Assembly: GCA_046045965.1 (NCBI GenBank) | Contig: JBJOKS010000068.1 | Coordinates: 1 to 10,291 of the forward strand | Source of the DNA: Cyanobacteriota bacterium | Lineage (GTDB): Bacteria; Cyanobacteriota; Cyanobacteriia; Cyanobacteriales; Nostocaceae | Direction: 5' to 3' | DNA length: 10,291 nucleotides | Part shown: one piece after another, positions 7,313-10,291 of the stretch | Layout: each line of letters opens with the position of its first letter | Numbering within the stretch: position 1 is the stretch's first letter | Notes under the pieces: model-generated | What the model was told of the DNA's origin: nothing | Database searches by the model: none | The model's input: only the letters and a program-made list of their open reading frames with translations | Made by a program: the position numbers and the translations under genes

Positions 7313-7421
7313 GGGAACCCTGATTAATTAGTATCAGGTGAAAAAAGCGACAAAGCGATAATTTGAGTTATAGCAATCGCTAAGGTTTTCACCGCAAGCA
7401 TTTGATATTTGCCTGGTTCCC
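7313..7421 (+). other. Multi-stem RNA structure in the pstS-pstC spacer (putative mRNA stability or attenuation element)
   Basis: Nested complementary segments: GGGAACC/GGTTCCC (7313-7319/7415-7421), CCTGAT/ATCAGG (7319-7324/7333-7338), GGTGAAAA/TTTTCACC (7337-7344/7386-7393), AGCGAT/ATCGCT (7354-7359/7376-7381) and GCAA/TTGC (7394-7397/7409-7412). Confidence 0.6.
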
Positions 7422-7460
7422 TCTCACATTTTCTCTGGTTTTATTTTACAGTCAGTATTC

Positions 7461-8411
7461 ATGACTACAAATTCTCAGAATCTGTCATCAACAGCTAAAC
7501 AACGCTCTGAACTTGACAAATCTCTAGATCGGGGCTTTATTTGGTTGACAAAGATTTTTGCTCTGGCGATCGCTGCTGTTCTATTATGGATTGCCTTACA
7601 AGTAGCTATTGGCGCTTGGCCTGCTATCCAACAATTTGGTTTGGGCTTTTTATTTCAAAGCAGTTGGAACCCAGTAAATGATAATTATGGAGTCTTACCC
7701 GCAGTTTATGGAACTCTGATCAGTTCTTTTATTGGACTGTTGATAGCTATACCTATTGGCATTGGTACAGCTATTTTACTAAGTGAGAATTTTCTCCCAT
7801 CTCAGGTGCGGCTGGTACTGGTATTTTTAATAGAATTACTAGCAGCTATTCCTAGTGTTGTCTACGGAGTATGGGGTATTTTTGTTTTAGTACCGATTTT
7901 AAATGATTTGGGCAAATGGCTGCATAGTTCTCTAGGTTGGATACCAATTTTTAGTTCCCCACCCACAGGACCAGGAATGCTACCTGCCGGAGTGATATTA
8001 GCAATTATGACTTTGCCTATCATCACTGCCATATCCCGTGATGCTTTAATTTCCCTCCCTCCTAGTTTACGTCAAGCTGCCTTGGGACTAGGTGCAACTC
8101 GCTGGGAAACAATCTTTCAGGTTCTCATCCCTGCTGCTTTTTCTGGCATTGTTAGTGCAGTCATGTTAGCACTAGGACGGGCAATGGGTGAAACAATGGC
8201 TGTCACAATGTTAATTGGTAATTCTAACAATATTAATATTTCTTTGTTAGCACCATCTAACACTATTTCTTCACTACTAGCAAATCAATTTTCTGAAGCT
8301 AGTGGTTTGCAAGTTTCCGCTTTGATGTATGCAGCTTTAGTGCTGTTTTTATTGACTCTGGTAGTGAATATTCTAGCTGAGTTTATTGTTCTCCGAGTGC
8401 AGAAACTTTAG
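7461..8411 (+). CDS. pstC: Phosphate ABC transporter permease PstC
   Basis: 316 aa multi-TM protein with motifs WNP..YG.LP.VYGT, ELLAAIPSVVYGVWG, EAA-like loop LRQAALGLGATRWETI, and LGRAMGETMAV. It follows pstS. Confidence 0.97.
   Translation: MTTNSQNLSSTAKQRSELDKSLDRGFIWLTKIFALAIAAVLLWIALQVAIGAWPAIQQFGLGFLFQSSWNPVNDNYGVLPAVYGTLISSFIGLLIAIPIGIGTAILLSENFLPSQVRLVLVFLIELLAAIPSVVYGVWGIFVLVPILNDLGKWLHSSLGWIPIFSSPPTGPGMLPAGVILAIMTLPIITAISRDALISLPPSLRQAALGLGATRWETIFQVLIPAAFSGIVSAVMLALGRAMGETMAVTMLIGNSNNINISLLAPSNTISSLLANQFSEASGLQVSALMYAALVLFLLTLVVNILAEFIVLRVQKL
7566..7573. repeat. HIP1 octamer
   Basis: GCGATCGC. Confidence 0.9.
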
Positions 8412-8521
8412 TAACAGCAATGATTCAGGATCATGAGTAAAAATTACCATTCACAAAACACTAATTATATAAATAATATAATGGTTTTTCCTGTGTATTT
8501 TCCTGAACACTTTTTATACCA

Positions 8522-8553
8522 AAGTTTGTAAACGGAGAATGCATTACAAACTT
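8522..8553. repeat. Perfect 10-bp inverted repeat in the pstC-pstA spacer
   Basis: AAGTTTGTAA (8522-8531), a 12-nt spacer, then TTACAAACTT (8544-8553). Confidence 0.7.
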
Positions 8554-8678
8554 ATACCGTTGGGAATTTTGGATTGTGAAAGCATTGATATATAGGCTTT
8601 TCATCTTTCCATCTATCGCTATCAAACGTCACACGGCTTTCTCTGCTGCATCCCGAATTCTGCTATATAGGTTGTATC

Positions 8679-9560
8679 ATGACTTCTCTTTTTCCCCAAA
8701 GCAGCCTGACTCGCTCTCCTACGTCTCCTCGCACCTTGTTTAACACGGTGATGACAGTTGTAGCATTTATTTGTGGGGCATTGGCGCTATTTCCTTTGCT
8801 GGCTGTATTGTCTTACGTACTATTTAAAGGCTTGAGCAGTATCAATTTCGATGTGTTTACTCAGCTACCACCAGCACCTTTCCGAAAAGGAGGAGGCTTT
8901 GGTAATGCCATTTTGGGGACATTGTTGATGGTTGGTATTGGTGCTGTTTTCAGTATCCCTACTGGGGTATTGGCAGCTATCTATTTGACAGAGTTTAGTA
9001 ATGGTAAAATTGCTAGAGGAGTACGCTTTGCAACTAATGTCCTGAGTGGAGTTCCCTCGATTATTGTTGGTGTATTTGCTTATGGTATTGTAGTTTTAAG
9101 TTTGACAAAACTGAATTTAGGATCTTACTCGGCTTTGGGTGGTGGTTTCGCTTTAGCGATTTTAATGCTACCGATTATTATCCGTACTACAGATGAAGCT
9201 TTACAGCTAGTACCCCAAGACTTACGACAAGCTTCATTCGGTTTAGGTGCAACTAACTTTCAAACAGTCATACAAGTAGTTTTACCTGCTGCATTACCAG
9301 CAATTGTGACTGGTTCTACTTTGGCGATCGCTAGAGCATCAGGAGAAACAGCACCATTGCTGTTTACTGCGCTCTTTTCCTCTTTTTGGCCTGATGGTTT
9401 GCTCAAACCTACGGCTTCTCTTGCTGTTTTAGTTTACAACTTCGCCATTTCACCATTCCAAAATTGGCAGTCACTAGCTTGGGCTGCTTCTTTGATTTTA
9501 GTCTTGATGGTTCTGATTACAAGTATCATTGCTCGCTGGGCAACTAGGCAAAAAGCTTAA
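8679..9560 (+). CDS. pstA: Phosphate ABC transporter permease PstA
   Basis: 293 aa with motifs GGFGNAILGT, AAIYLTEF, LSGVPSIIVGVF, LRQASFGLGAT and ARASGETAPLLFT. Confidence 0.97.
   Translation: MTSLFPQSSLTRSPTSPRTLFNTVMTVVAFICGALALFPLLAVLSYVLFKGLSSINFDVFTQLPPAPFRKGGGFGNAILGTLLMVGIGAVFSIPTGVLAAIYLTEFSNGKIARGVRFATNVLSGVPSIIVGVFAYGIVVLSLTKLNLGSYSALGGGFALAILMLPIIIRTTDEALQLVPQDLRQASFGLGATNFQTVIQVVLPAALPAIVTGSTLAIARASGETAPLLFTALFSSFWPDGLLKPTASLAVLVYNFAISPFQNWQSLAWAASLILVLMVLITSIIARWATRQKA
9324..9331. repeat. HIP1 octamer
   Basis: GCGATCGC. Confidence 0.9.
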
Positions 9561-9617
9561 CAAAACATCATCAACAGGATGCCTAAATCATCTTTACAAC
9601 TTAACCCTAAACTATTT

Positions 9618-10291
9618 ATGGCTGCTAACGCTAGTACAATGAATGGTACTGAATTGGTTTTACGTACAGAAAACCTCAACATTTATTACGGTAACTTCTT
9701 AGCTGTACAAAATATTTGGCTAGATATCCCCAAAAATCAAGTTACAGCTTTTATTGGACCTTCTGGTTGTGGCAAGAGTACATTACTACGATGTTATAAC
9801 CGTTTAAACGATTTAATTGAGTCATTTCGTGCCGAAGGTAAGGTGTATTTTTACGATAAGAATTTGTATGCACCTGACATTGATCCAGTAGAAGTACGTC
9901 GTCGGATCGGGATGGTGTTTCAAAGACCAAACCCTTTCCCCAAATCAATTAAGGAAAATATTGCTTTTGGTGCTAAAATAAATGGTTATCGAGGCAATAT
10001 TGATGAATTGGTAGAACGGAGTTTGCGACAAGCAGCTTTGTGGGATGAGGTTAAAGATAAACTCAACCAAAGTGGTTTGTCTCTATCCGGTGGACAACAA
10101 CAACGCTTATGTATTGCTAGAGCGATCGCTGTTCAACCAGAAGTTATACTCATGGATGAACCATGTTCTGCTCTTGATCCCATTTCTACTTTACGGGTGG
10201 AAGAACTAATTCACGAACTCAAAAAACAATACACTATTGTGATCGTTACTCACAATATGCAACAAGCAGCGCGGGTTTCTGATAAAACAGC
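9618..10291 (+). CDS. pstB: Phosphate ABC transporter ATP-binding protein PstB, 3'-truncated by the window (absent from the ORF track)
   Basis: Hand translation from ATG 9618: [25 protein letters not shown]..., Walker [10 protein letters not shown]-loop [14 protein letters not shown], signature [14 protein letters not shown], Walker [15 protein letters not shown]-loop [14 protein letters not shown]. In-frame alternative ATGs exist at 9579 and 9639. Confidence 0.96.
   Translation, partial: MAANASTMNGTELVLRTENLNIYYGNFLAVQNIWLDIPKNQVTAFIGPSGCGKSTLLRCYNRLNDLIESFRAEGKVYFYDKNLYAPDIDPVEVRRRIGMVFQRPNPFPKSIKENIAFGAKINGYRGNIDELVERSLRQAALWDEVKDKLNQSGLSLSGGQQQRLCIARAIAVQPEVILMDEPCSALDPISTLRVEELIHELKKQYTIVIVTHNMQQAARVSDKT
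10122..10129. repeat. HIP1 octamer
   Basis: GCGATCGC. Confidence 0.9.

Noticed and set aside
7313..7421. tRNA or known riboswitch interpretation of the branched structure
   Set aside because: There is no T-loop (TTCRA), D-loop GG context or 7-nt anticodon arm, and I recognise no riboswitch consensus. It is kept only as an unassigned structure.
9600..9607. CTTAACCC Pho-like half-site upstream of pstB
   Set aside because: It is a single unit with no partner at 11-bp spacing.
6174..9948. Minus-strand ORFs 6174-6356, 6654-6875 and 9751-9948
   Set aside because: They are antisense shadows inside pstS and pstB.

Overview
A housekeeping-type chromosomal region from a cyanobacterium, most likely a filamentous Nostocales (Nostoc/Anabaena-like) strain. 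This is inferred from six HIP1 octamers (GCGATCGC), intergenic 7-bp short tandem repeats (STRR-type) and the gene content. Gene order: a 5'-truncated DUF4335-like membrane protein (+) with a Pro/Thr linker and two tandem homologous C-terminal domains; a convergent class A penicillin-binding protein carrying an N-terminal FHA domain (-); a small secreted Cys-motif protein with 54-bp internal repeats (+); lspA (-); bioY (-); a divergent promoter with a three-repeat Pho (SphR) box; and pstS-pstC-pstA-pstB (+, pstB runs off the 3' end). I see no mobile element, CRISPR array, RNA gene or defence system, and I cannot support a claim of a wholly new system. The best leads are the TonB/TolA-like architecture of the DUF4335-like protein, the FHA-PBP fusion, the uncharacterised CxxFPLNSRC protein, and structured, mutually similar intergenic segments inside the pst operon.
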